63,123 nt of DNA, filler included, from Olpidium bornovanus S191 (GCA_017911155.1; 28 parts of 28 records of this genome joined end to end with filler, not necessarily neighbours in it), one strand, 5' to 3'; counted from the whole stretch's first letter, positions 26,393 to 38,410 are shown. Notes: generated from the letters alone by a model not told the origin. Numbers and translations: made by a program.

Positions 26393-27303
26393 TGTTAGAA
26401 GTATAGCTAATTACCTAGTAGTTATTAGAAACCTGCTTGCTCTGATTTGGAGAAGAGCAGAGCCTATCTCACTTCCCCGACCCGCGATCAGATAGCCGGG
26501 TTAGATTAGGGGTTAGGCGCAAATAACAAAATAACAAAATAACAAAAAAAATCAAAAGTTCATTTTAGGCCGGCTCGCAACGTTAAACTGGACGACGTGT
26601 TTCAAAGGATATAGCCGCAGGGTCCATTGTAAACGCGAGCACGCGAACGATGCCGCGTATTCCGGAGAAATCAAATGCGGACGCCGCGGCGCCTCACTAA
26701 TGTGTGTCGGTTTCTTGACTGTCCTATATGATCCTTTTAGCGCAGGGCGTTTTGCGGATGGCCAGTCGGCGCCTTTCTGCTGTCTCGAGGAGGGCCTGGC
26801 GCGCTCGGGTAAAAATCACGTCCACCGTCCGTTCTGCAAATGCTATTTCCCGTGGGAGTTTAAAGTTAGAGTTTTCTCGCACTTTACTTTGATTTTCATT
26901 CAGAAGAAGTTTCTTTTACGGTATGCGCCCCTAATGCGTCGCAGAGAGCCCCTCATATAGTGTGCGCCCCTTGCCTGTTCCAAGAGATGTCCAGTTCTGG
27001 CGTGCGCCTCTTTCCCTTCGACAGGGAAGGGGACTTATATTCTGGCGTCGGGAGGTGTCAGTTTTGCCTTGTTTCCGCGAGGCGTCGAAGGGGGTTGTCC
27101 ACTCCTAGCCCCGCAATGCCTGCTGCCGCCCTTATCTGAAGGAGACGAAAACCTAGTGCTGCCACGGGACTCTACAAGGGCAGTAGACAGTATCTTAGAT
27201 ACTGATACTGTCCTGGCAAGATACTAAACCTAACCCCGACCCAGGGTATAATTTGGCCCAGGGCCAGCCTAATTCGAGCGGCCGTATTATATAATTCCTG
27301 ACA
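26393..27303. mobile_element. Putative solo LTR (911 bp)
   Basis: Begins TGTTAG and ends CTGACA (5/6 inverted match), is non-coding, and has TATA-like motifs near its right end. No matching target-site duplication was found. Confidence 0.35.
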
Positions 27304-27304
27304 G

Positions 27305-27660
27305 GGATAGAATAATTCTTGTTGCCCGTTTTGTGAGTAGCAACGCATATCCGAATATTAAAGCATCAAAAAAAGAAAGGAAAAAATGGATGCCAGCGAA
27401 TGTCAAGAAAAAGGTACGCCACAACCTGTGAAAAAAAGGACGATGCAGATTGTCAAAAAACGAAAAAGAAAAATCAAAAGGTACGCCGTGAACTGTCAAA
27501 AAAACCACACAGACAGGGCTGAGATCCTCCAAGTTCGCTAAGGCGAATTATTGTAATGCCCATTTTGCGAATAAGCGTACTTCCGAACTTTGCTGTGTCA
27601 AAATAAAAGGAAAAGGAAAACAAGTACGTCGGCAGTCGTCAAAAAATAAAAACTTTTTGC
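27305..27660 (+). repeat. Two units of an approximately 230-bp degenerate repeat family (also at 50080-51922, opposite strand)
   Basis: CCGAA anchors at 27351 and 27583 (232 apart). The block AATTATTG...GCGTAC.TCCGAA.TTT...GTCAAAATAAA and the motif AAAGGTACGCC...GTCAAAA match the reverse complement of 50640-50698 and 51470-51560. Confidence 0.7.
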
Positions 27661-28012
27661 GGGCCCGCTCGTTCCCCCCCCCCTCTTTTATCTGAATATA
27701 ACGTCGGGCTACAATGGGTTGTGCGGCGCACTGAGAGTTGGTGCATTTGATGCTCCGGGACTATACTTCTCTCAGGAAAATGTCAAACTGTTTCGATTGC
27801 GACTCCAGCACACGTTGACACGTTTATCCGTGGTCACAAACATGNNNNNNNNNNNNNNNNNNNNNNNNNNNNNNNNNNNNNNNNNNNNTTAATTAATTAA
27901 NNNNNNNNNNNNNNNNNNNNNNNNNNNNNNNNNNNNNNNNNNNNCAAAAAAGGTGAGGGCTCGGCCGCCCCCTGTTGTTTTCCCCCGCATTCCTTTTTTT
28001 TTCTCATTACAG

Positions 28013-29352
28013 AGATTCCTATGGTTCGCCCTTTACGCCTCGCCTCGGCAGTCGTCGGCGACATGGTTTACAATCCCACCCTGCAACGCTGGGAGGGGAA
28101 CGAGTCCGTCTTGAAGGCCTTTGAAAGCCGGCAGCAGCACTCGCACCATTCGCATTACCACCACCACTACCTGCACTCCAACCACCACTGGAACAAGGTG
28201 CCCCGCTGGTGCCCGCCGGGCGCCGGAGGCAGCGGGATCGTCGGATCGTCCGGCGGCTACGGCGGCTCGGAGCGGGCGACGCCGCACCAGGCGTCGCGGC
28301 GGCCCCCGACATCGCAACCGTCGCCCTCGTCGTACGCTCCCAGAGCCTCGAAGGCGTCCCCGGGGTATTCTTCCCGCACGTCGTCGCTGCGCCCGCCACC
28401 GCAGCCGGCGAGCAAGGCCCGGCCGGCCCTGATCACCCAGGTCGGCGACCCGGGCGCGGGGGCCAACGGAGTTCCGCAGATGGTGGGCACGATGGTATTC
28501 GACCCGCAGCACATGCGGTGGGTGAACACGGAGGAGGCCGACGAGGAAGACGTGTTCGCAGGGCTCGACGACGAGGCGGAACCGGCCGCCGAACGCGGCG
28601 CGGGCCGCGCCCCGTCCCCGGCGGCCGCGACGGGCAGCGTCGCGCGCCCCGGCGGCGAGAGGCTTCCGGCACGCAGGCCGGCGAATCCAGGGGCAGGCCG
28701 CGCGCCCCCGCGGAGGAGGACGGTCACCCCGCGGCTGTCGAAGTGGAGGGACCGGCCGGAGGACGACGAAAGCCTCGACTCGAGGAAGCCGGGGGGCGAT
28801 CGGGAACCCGACCAGGCCGCGGACGCGCGCGCGCCGGACGCCCCAGGCGCAGCGGCGCACGACGAGCGGGGATCGGCCGGGGCGCGCGCCGATGGCGGCG
28901 AGTTGGAGAGCCCGCCGGCGGCAGCAGGGCCGCGGCACGCCGCTCCTCCTCACCCGGCGTTCGCGCCGGGCGAGGAGTTCCTGCTGTCGCCCGGCCTGGC
29001 GCACGCGCTCGACGCGGCCGAGAAGGCCCACCGCTCCGACCTGTGCCTGTTCTGGCCCCGCGGGTTCGGCTGGTTCCTCACCGCGGCCGGCGCGGCAGGC
29101 GCGGCCGGCGCGGGCGCCGCGCCGCAGGAGGCGGCGTACGCGCTGCGCCGCGGCGCGACCGCCGCCGCCGCCGTCTCCACCGCCAACGCCCGGCGGAAGA
29201 GCCACCAGGCGAAGAAGCGCGGCTCGCAGTACGGCGTCATCCCCGCGGGCAGAGCCCACCTGTACGACATCCGCGTGGTGAACGGCCGCTCCTCCCGCGG
29301 GACGGCGGCGGCCCGGGAGAGCCCGCCGGGGCTGCCGTTCCGCCGGGGCTGA
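28013..29352 (+). CDS. Byr4/Bfa1-like cytokinesis/mitotic-exit GAP scaffold, last exon
   Basis: Two imperfect repeats GDMVYNPTLQRWEGNESVLKAF and GTMVFDPQHMRWVN...EEDVFAGLDD plus RPALIT, as in S. pombe Byr4; acceptor at 28011-28012. Confidence 0.82.
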
Positions 29353-29494
29353 ACCTGATCTCTATCCCTCGCCCCCACCCCCCCCCCCCCCCTCCCCCCC
29401 CCCCCCCCCCCCCCCGCCGGCGGCGCCGTTTTAGGGTTCTCGCGCCGAGCTGGCCCCCCGCACGCGCAGCGCGGAAACGTCTAAGGGGACAAAG

Positions 29495-29544
<50 letters not shown>

Positions 29545-29717
29545 NNNNNNNNNNNNNNNNNNNNNNNNNNNNNNNNNNNNNNNNNNNNTTAATTAATTAA
29601 NNNNNNNNNNNNNNNNNNNNNNNNNNNNNNNNNNNNNNNNNNNNGACCGGTTTTAAAAAAGAGTGCGCGTTTTTTTTTTGTCGGCGCGCGTTTTCCCCCC
29701 ATTTGTGGCCCGTGCCG

Positions 29718-29750
<33 letters not shown>

Positions 29751-30766
29751 CCACCGTTGGTAAAACTCCTAAAATTTGCCGCGACCCACCTCCTTCCCCC
29801 TCCGTCCTCCCGCCCTCCCCTGAAATGTTCCCACCCGAAAACGCAGCGTGTTTGCCGTCCTTCCCGCGGGTGTCGTAGTTCACTACTCGTGCGCCCGAGG
29901 CGCAAACGAGCGGCCCCCAAGCCCCGCGTTGAGCTTCGACCGGCAGGGAAAGGACCTCAAACCATCACGGGCACCAGGCACCAGTTCCGTGCGCAGCGGA
30001 AGGAGCGGGACGTTGCGCCTAGGAGCGCTCTAGTAATTTGATCGGCAAAAATTTTTAACCTCAGTTTCGCCAGATGCCCGTCGCCCCGAGAGGTTGCCGC
30101 CCGGGAGGATTCCGCCCCCTTCCCCCAGCCCCCCCCCCAACTTCGGCAGTCGGGTATCGGGTTGGGCCGCCGTGACGCGTTTTCTCGTAGGAAGGTGTGT
30201 CCTGTTTGGGTTGTTTTCGGGGAGGGGAGAGGAGGGGAATGGGGCCGGTCTGCGTTTGAAATGGACCGGAAGAGACGCTGCTCTTCGAGGCAAAACCTGT
30301 CAACAAGCAAAAAACGACGGTCGCTGCCCATCATTCAACCCCTTCCCTTCCCCCCTTCCCGGGCAACCCACGTGGTTCGCCCCGTTGCAACGCTTGGCCA
30401 GAAAAAGAAAAGAAGCTTTTTTTACCGCATTTCGAAGAACTTGGAAAGGGAGTAGAGAATGTGTGTGTGTCACAAATGGAAAGGGGGCGGGAGGGGGAAC
30501 GAGAATATATATATATTTTGCTATCTCTTCAACGTGTTCTTTGTGCATCGGGCAGGACGGGGAGGCTGGGCGCGGCTCGGGGAAGGAGGGGGGAGGGGGC
30601 GGTGCGGAGAGGAGGGGGCGTGGTTGGGTCGTGCGTACGCCCTTGCAGTGGGGAAATAAGTAAACGACTCATTTTTTTTGTCGTGCGTCCGGCGTTACCT
30701 TTTATTTCTTCGTCCAAACCTCGAAGGCGAATCAAAACAGTATAAGAAAAAGCGAAAGCGAAGCGA

Positions 30767-30886
<120 letters not shown>

Positions 30887-31554
30887 NNNNNNNNNNNNNN
30901 NNNNNNNNNNNNNNNNNNNNNNNNNNNNNNTTAATTAATTAANNNNNNNNNNNNNNNNNNNNNNNNNNNNNNNNNNNNNNNNNNNNACACGGACCACCCG
31001 AAAACATTCGGCCCAGCACCGTTGGGGTGCAGGCCGCCGTCCGAACCGCGTGGGCGTGCTTTTGGTTTTTTGGTTGGCACGCGAGTTCGGGCGGAGAACG
31101 GCTACCTAAACGGCTACCTTTTTGTTCAGACCGTAAACCCCAAAACGCCCCGAAACACACGCGCAAAAACCACAACAAGGGGCGGCCTTCCTACCTTCGC
31201 ATGTCCACTGCGAGACTCGCGCGCGTTTTTCGCCCGGTGGAACGATCGCTTCCGGCGGCCGCGAAAACACAGAGCCCACAGAGTGAGAGAGGCGGAGCGG
31301 ACGCGCGCCCGGAGACGTTTCTGCTTCCGGACGCCCCCGTAAACGTTTCTGCTTTCGGACGCGCCCCCGAGGCAACTTTCCCGGAAGCAGAACAGCAGAA
31401 GGGAATGCGGTGACCCCGCATAGGAAGGCCGCGTGGTGGGGGAGTGCGGAGGGGTGTGGGGAGGGGGGAGGTGGGGGGAAGAAAAGGGCGGCCCGGCCGG
31501 CCGGGGACGGTGGGAAGCGCTCGGGGAAGGGCGGTGCTCGAGCCGGCTTGCCCC

Positions 31555-31755
31555 GTTTCGCGGCTGACGCGCGACCGCTTCTCCGTTTTCGCGTTTCGCG
31601 CCTTTCCAACGGCGTTTCGCGGCCGACGCGTCCGCCGCTCCTTTTTCGCGTTTCGCGCCCTTCCGAATGGCGTTTCGCGGCTAACGCGTCCGCTTCTCCG
31701 CTTTCGCGTTTCGCGGGCCTAAACTTTCTCGGGACGGCGGTGCTTGCGCGCGAAA
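31555..31755. promoter_or_regulatory. Approximately 58-bp tandem repeat (x3) carrying 10 TTTCGCG and 2 ACGCGT motifs
   Basis: TTTCGCG at 31556, 31587, 31594, 31615, 31644, 31651, 31673, 31702, 31709 and reversed at 31749; ACGCGT at 31626 and 31684. The repeat is certain; a regulatory role is inference. Confidence 0.5.
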
Positions 31756-33448
31756 AGGCCGCGGAGGCCGCCAGTAGCAAAACCCGCCAAACGAGCGCTT
31801 CGTGCGGCCCAGAGCCTTGTCAAGTTATCTGACACGCTTCTCCGGTCGGGTGCCGCGTCGTTCGGCCCTTCCGCTCGTTTTCTGCGACCGAATCCGAATT
31901 AGCTGCTCCTTAGCGGTGAGCTGGCAAACGAGCGCACGCAATTCCGTGCCCGGCAGGCAGCAGGCCAGGTTTTGAAAAATGCGCTGGTGGGAAAAACCGG
32001 TCATTGTTGCGTGTTTGGCCTACTTTGAATGAATCCACCCACTGATGCGTTGGAACGGGCCGAGCAGGACACTGCCGAACAAAAAGGAAAAACGAATATG
32101 TTTCGCTTTTCCGAGGGAAGCCAAACAGAAGATAAAGCAACCGGTATGAGTGGAGATGTTCTCCGTGCAATTTTCTGCTCCTTGCTAATGTCACTGTATA
32201 GGTAATTCCCGGGCTCCGTCTATCAGAGATAGGAGGAGGGCAGACAACTGCACAGGTAACTCCAGTCCTGTGCTTCCTTCTATGTTAGGTTTAACTACAC
32301 CTAATATTTCATGNNNNNNNNNNNNNNNNNNNNNNNNNNNNNNNNNNNNNNNNNNNNTTAATTAATTAANNNNNNNNNNNNNNNNNNNNNNNNNNNNNNN
32401 NNNNNNNNNNNNNCATGCCTACGAAGTCGGCAAGAAGCGAGAAGCCATTCTCAATCAGACCGCCGTCAAGATCTCTGCAAACGCAACAATCAGGCCCCGG
32501 GCGAAGACCCCCCAAAGTTACAAGAGCCAAAAGAACTGCAAAGAGCTCTTCGCCGCCTGGCGTTTCAACTCTGGACTGTTTGGATTTTTTTTTGGAAATC
32601 GCTAAGCCACACTGCCGCGAACCTGGGGTCAGAATAAACCCGTGACACGACGGGCGGGGAGCGTTGTGTCGTTCGCGCCGGAGAGTTCCGCCGACGGTCG
32701 CGTCCGCCGGGTGTTTTGGGATTTGATCTTCCTTTTCCCCCAGCCCCTTTTCCACCCCGAGGCGGGTTCTCTTTCGCGGGGGAGGGGGGGGGAGGGGGGA
32801 GGTGGGGAAGGAGGGCGGTTGCGAGTCCGCAGAGTTTTTTCACTCCCGGGGCAACAGAAAGCATCCCGAGTGCCGGGGAAAAGACGCCCCAGATGGCCTT
32901 TAACCAGACTGCGAAAAAAAAAATCGCGTTTTGCTAGCGCTTACGTGTCCTCCCGCTTTTCTTTTTTTTATTTCACGGGATACTTGACTCATGCAAATTG
33001 GGCCCAAGCGAAACTTTCGATGGGGAGAGGAGGGGGGAAGTCCGAGGGGTTATCCCTCAATTTCGCGCTTCGCGGGGCGCTCGCCGACGCTCATGAATCA
33101 TTTGACGCAAGGGCGAGCAGCGGGGAAGGGGACGCCCACGTTTTCCGAAACAACGCGTTGCTCCTGACAAGGGCTCCGCGGCCTGACGAGGACAACGACG
33201 TTTTATAAACTCGTCCCACCACGCACAATCCTCTGCGGACGAATGTCGGCTCCTCCCGCGTCAATTCCGCATCGCCTCTTTTTCAGCAAACGAACGGAAC
33301 CCCGTCGGCGCACGGGCTTTCAAGAATTCTTCGATGCGCCAGGTCTGTAATATATCAAAATCACCCCACCTTTGCACGTCGGAAAACCAGACCGGCTTGA
33401 ACACCTGTAGTGCGAATATTAGACACAATCAAAAAAAGGAATGTGCTA

Positions 33449-35832
33449 CTAGTCTGAAAAAGACCACGGCGGCGAGGGCGAGCAGCCCATCGCCGGCGCG
33501 GGAGCGGGAAGCATCTGGTCGTCGCCGCCGTAGTCTGCGACGGCGTGGATTGAACGTAGCGGCGGAGAGGACGGCACGAAAGGTTCCCAGGCCGTCGGCG
33601 GTGAGCTCGTCAACGCGTCGAACGCCGGACCGTTGTCATTACGCGGATGGTAGCGTCCCGCCGAGATCTGCAGGGCGTCGACGTCCGAAAACGACGAGCG
33701 CATCTCTGCAAAAAACGGCTCGCCCGGGTCGACTCACAGTAGCTGGACGTAGCGAGCGGTGTGTGAGCGCCGAGGAAACGTGCGATCTGAACGTTCTCAA
33801 GAGAGGTACGGCGCCAGGCTAAGAAGGAACCCCGACCTGGGTGCCGGTGAAATTCAGCTTGGGCAGTTTGACTCTGCTAGCAACAGCATATAGGCCGACC
33901 GCCGTCAACGCCGCCGCCAGCTCTGCATCCTCGACGACGTTGCCTTGGGAAGTCTGGCATTTGTCCGCCTGAACGTTTGCTTCGGGGAGTCCTCCCGAAC
34001 GGGATCAGGAAATGAAGAGCATGGCGTCCGCTGAGCCGGGGAGGGGGATTTGTCAGCTTCCGTACCTCGAGCAACCCCACGGCTTCCTCCCGAATTTGGG
34101 CCGCCGCCGGCACAACCTTGCCACGGCGGCCGAGATGGTTGGGATGTGCCTGCTGAGGTGCGTCACCCTCTGGTCATCATACAAAAATAGCACGGCGCAA
34201 GTCAGCTGAGCTCCAGCACAGTGCGCGGTTTCTTTGGGAGTAGCGAATCGGTTTCTTATGTAACCTTGCTGTACCCGGGGACGAAGACCCGCGAATACGC
34301 TCTGCGGAGCTTATTGCACAGCAGAGTATGCACAGCAAACCGGTAGGAGGATTCCACAAAGCTGGCAATGGCTTCCTCTCCGAATTGCACGGCTGGAGTG
34401 GTCAAGTATTTGCGAAACCTCGGGGTCTGTGATCAAACGCAAAATGGCACCTATCAAGGAGTTCGTGAACAGCGGCAAAACTGCGTCAAAAAAAACCAAC
34501 GGAACGACAGAAAGGATATCCGCACAATCCCATCGCGCAGTCAGCACGATTTTTCGCATGGTCCCATTATCGGGCTTTGCGCCGTGAGCATCCGTGGGAA
34601 CAAGCGAGATGGCGTCTACCTCCGGGATTAAATATGCATCTGGGAGAAAATGCGACGTGTTAGACTTTGTGATGGACAACAAAACCCGGCATCTGCACCG
34701 CACATCTCCAGAGACAAGCACACACGAAGCGTCAACCGCTCCATATTGCTTCCATTTCCCCTCGAATCTACGAATCTAAGTCCTTGGACGCCCAGACGGG
34801 TCCATGTCTGAAGCCAGATAATCACAATGGCTTCGGCCCGTTAGGCGCGCTGTTTGGATGAAACACGCCTTTCCCTCAGCAGATGCGCATAGCCCTGCCC
34901 CACGGTCCAACAGGCATTGAACTTCTCGCGCTGGCGAGGCGCAGCCCGGCCGACTATCATCGGCTTCGTTCGCGTCAGCAAGTTTCCCGTTGATGTAAAT
35001 TTTGACATGTTTTCAGCACGGCGTTGTCAAGGATCGGATCCCAGGTTACGGCAAAACAGAAACGAAACCATTTCCGCTAGGTCGGAAAGGATATCTTCAA
35101 CCGCAAGCTTCCGGCCGTCTGGACTTCCAGCGCATCCAGGTACGCGTCGTCATGCGCTTCGAGGCGCTTAGGATAGCCGACCAAAACTTGGGCGGATATT
35201 CCCAAAGTGTCGAAAGGAGGCCATGCGGGACTCGCCTCCAGCTTCTGCGAGGAACCACGAAAGATTCTGAAAGCCGGCGGGCAAACTTGACAGCCGGGTA
35301 CCGAACTCTGAAGGTTTTCCGAATGACTTTCAATTCCGTGGTGTCGACTGCGGAGACCTGAGATGTCGTGTCTCGCGAAGCAGGGGGTGGCCAAGCAGCT
35401 TCATGCGCATAAACGTGGTCCCATAAGCTGTGGGATGTGAAGGCTGAACAGTCCCTTGCGGCATCTAGCTCTGGAACACGAGGCAACGTGTGCAACGGGA
35501 CGAGCCGACTTGCGTTACACCTTTGCCCCGGTCCGGCGTCCAAGAGAGATTTTGGGATGCTTTGTGGTAGGGCTTCACGGCAATGTCATTTACACCGTCA
35601 TTACCGCAACGGAAGCTCGCTACAAAGAAGCTTTAGTAGCTTTCCTCGTAACGAAAGCCACATTTTTGTTATTTTTTCTGTTACGTACCGTGATCGGGAC
35701 TTCGATAACCCCGAGGAATGGTTTCAGGGATACATTCGTCGTTCGACTCCAAAGAAAAGTTCAGCTCGGAAATATCGGCTCCGTTCTGTTCCGGGGGCGG
35801 CCAGTTTGCAAGATCGTAACTGATGTCCGAAG
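33449..35832 (-). CDS. Unidentified multi-exon gene fragment
   Basis: Several open segments bounded by GT/AG that phase together (e.g. ...GYRSPDH/ASFRCGNDGVND...DRGK/ELDAARD...; ...VASRVKLPKLNFTGTQ). No family recognised. Confidence 0.3.
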
Positions 35833-35939
35833 NNNNNNNNNNNNNNNNNNNNNNNNNNNNNNNNNNNNNNNNNNNNTTAATTAATTAANNNNNNNNNNNN
35901 NNNNNNNNNNNNNNNNNNNNNNNNNNNNNNNNACCGTAC

Positions 35940-36067
35940 CTAAAGTTGCATTTCCGCGTGAAATGGAAGTTCACCGATACCGGAGCCAATCCAGTCGATC
36001 GGATTTTGAGAAAGGTGCGCCATCCGGCTATCGCGGCCAGAAAAGCTAACATGGCAAAAAGCCACAT
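35940..36067 (-). CDS. RSAD2: Viperin/RSAD2 radical-SAM enzyme, first exon only
   Basis: MWLFAMLAFLAAIAGWRTFLKIRSTGLAPVSVNFHFTRKCNF(R/S), then a GTACGG donor at 35939. The segment PVSVNFHFTRKCN matches the viperin signature (SVNYHFTRQCNYKCGFC) that leads into CxxxCxxC, and is preceded by a hydrophobic N-terminal segment. Confidence 0.85.
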
Positions 36068-37202
36068 CTCTTCTGATCGCCCGGTTTTCGTTCGATTCGT
36101 CGTGTCTTTCCCCAATCTTGTTCCTGTTTTTTTTTTTTTTGGTTTGGATGCGGAGTGGACAACAGGGATTGAGGTGGATTGAAGGAAAAACGGTCGGCAT
36201 GCGAAACCAGTCGCAGAACAGGGAAGAGCGCTTCCTCGTCGGCGGGGTGGCGCTGCGGCTGGATTGTAATGTTTATGCCGGGCCGCGCCCAAAACGCGCG
36301 TCCCCGGCAAAACACCGCCGCCGCCTCCCTGTACGCCGCAGCGAATCCTTTGCCAACCGGGCCATTACAAATGAATGCGGCGGATCGGGAGCCCGTCCGC
36401 AGGTCAAGCTTAATTAGCCTCGAGCGGGCGGGCCAGTTTCCTCGGCGGAGGCGCCTCCGCCGGCGGGAAACGGACCGCACGCGAGGTCGCCGAGGCCGGT
36501 GCTGCTGTCAATGTCGCCGGGAAAGGTCCTAGGAATGCGTCCACGCCCTCCGGCGGAACGCCCCGAAAAAAAAAAAACAAAAAAAAGTCGGCCGGTCGAC
36601 CGCGCTTACGTCACCCGCGCAGCGCAAACCCTCCCCTCGCAAACCATGCACAACGTGCGGCGCCAGGGGCACGCCCAAAACGGGCAATCAACACCGGGCG
36701 CCAGGCAGCCCGCCGGCAGCCCGCCGAATTTTTTTTGTTTTTGTTTTTGTTCTTTTCTCTTCTTTTTTTGTCGGGGAAAGGAAACTTTTGCGTCAGTTTC
36801 CGGAAAGCCCTGCGGGCGACCGTAGCCTAAACCTGCGCATTGTTGTTATCATAAAACCGCCGGCCGGCGCGCCGCTGCAAGGGGCCCCGGAGCGGCGGGC
36901 GGCAACAGCCGCCGCCCGGCGGCGTCGGCGGGGAGGGGGTTGGAAGAGACGAGAGAGGCCCGTGCGCGCCGCAGGGGACCCTTGCGCCATCGGCGTAAAC
37001 TTCGCATCGCGCGGGGGAACAGAGTCCGCCAGGCGCCACGCCGAGTCGAATCCCGCCGAGTCAAAATTTCCTCTTGGCTATAAAGAGCGGACGGTGTCCG
37101 CCCGCCTGGACGCACCCAGGACAGCAGTAAGCGTTTGCCGAAGTAATCCCCGCCACCCACCCGCCTTCTTCCCACGCGTGACCGAACCGAACCGCATCAA
37201 CC

Positions 37203-38410
37203 ATGTCGTCCACCGTCATGTACATCTTCGGCGACGGCCGCTGCGGTGCGTTCTTCCCCGCGACGAAAGGCGGGATTGGGTTTTTCCCCGCCGATTGGGC
37301 TAAGCGAACACCCGAATTTAACCTGCGATTCCGATAAAGAACAGGTCACGAATTCGTGAAGTCCGTCTGCAGGTACATGGAGAAGACCGAGCGCTGCGCC
37401 AAATGCTTCGTCGTCGTCGTCGACAAGTCCTTCGAAAAGAAGATGGAGGACATCCGGCACGGCCACGGCCACTGCGCGATTGAAGCCATCGACATGCACA
37501 AGCTCAAGCAGAGCCCGGAGGAGCTGGAATCGGTAATGAAGAAGCACAAGGTCGACTGGCTCATCATCCAGCCGTCCGGCGACACCTACTCTTCCCACGA
37601 ACAGGTCAAGATGACCTTGGAGGCCTACAAGAAGTGCGGCGGCCACAACGTCATCATGAACTCCATCGCCAAGTGCGATGAGTGCCAGGACCGCCCCATG
37701 AAGGAGTGTCACCTGTCCGAAGAGATCGTGAGTGGGGAGCTGTGCAGCCGGGGTGCAGCGCGCGTCTCTGGAACTCAGGGCTGACGCAGCTTTTTTCCTT
37801 CTCCCAGGTCAAGCGCTGCTGCCCCAACTCCTACGTCATCCTCCGCGTCCAGATGCCGCTGATGGAGCTCGACTACTTCGCCGAGGGCGTCCAGAAGGAG
37901 CGGAAGTGGATGCTCCCCACCGGCAACTCCAACTTCTCCCCGGTCTCCACCAAGCGCGACCTCGCCTGCTGCATCGGGCACATCGTCAAGGAGCAGAAGA
38001 TGGCCCAGAGGTTCGCGGGACAGACCTTCACCCTCACGAACCGCGAGAAGATCAACGGCCAGCGCCTCGCCCAGATGACCGGCTCGGCCTTCAACGAGGA
38101 CGTCAAGTTCCAGAACATCTCCCTCGAGGACGCGTGCAAGATCCTCGACCGCTACGTCGGCGGCGGCGGCGGCAGCCACCGCGACGACGACGGCCGCCGC
38201 GACGACAGCGGCCAGGGCCGCAAGAGCCTCCGCAGGGGACTGCTCAACCACTGCGAGAAGGACATGCTCCTGGCCATGTTCAAGATGATCCAGCACAACC
38301 TGTACGACTTCACCACCGAGGACGTCAAGAAGATCTCGCAGAAAGAACCCATGTCCGTCGAGGAGTACCTCCGCAAGCGCGAGGCGCACCTGCGCGGCAA
38401 CCGCGGATGA
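37203..38410 (+). CDS. Cys-rich NmrA-like/atypical SDR-fold protein, complete (exons 37203-37245, 37345-37727, 37808-38410; 342 aa)
   Basis: The spliced frame is intact with very strong C/G third-position bias. Motif order matches NmrA/SDR_a: YIFGDGRCG, YVILR, SPVSTKRDLA, GQTFTLTNREKI, VKFQNIS, TTEDVKKISQKEPMSVEEYL. Confidence 0.8.

Noticed and set aside
26498-26517. Telomere-like GGGTTAGATTAGGGGTTAGG
   Set aside because: Only about three imperfect units, internal to a contig.
27130-27160. Hammerhead ribozyme-like CTGAAGGAGACGAAA
   Set aside because: It does not fit CUGANGA and leaves no room for stem II.
35833-35932. Treating 33449-35832 as the continuation of viperin, or inferring any gene cluster across linkers
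   Set aside because: The contigs are concatenated without evidence of adjacency, and no viperin motifs are visible in 33449-35832.
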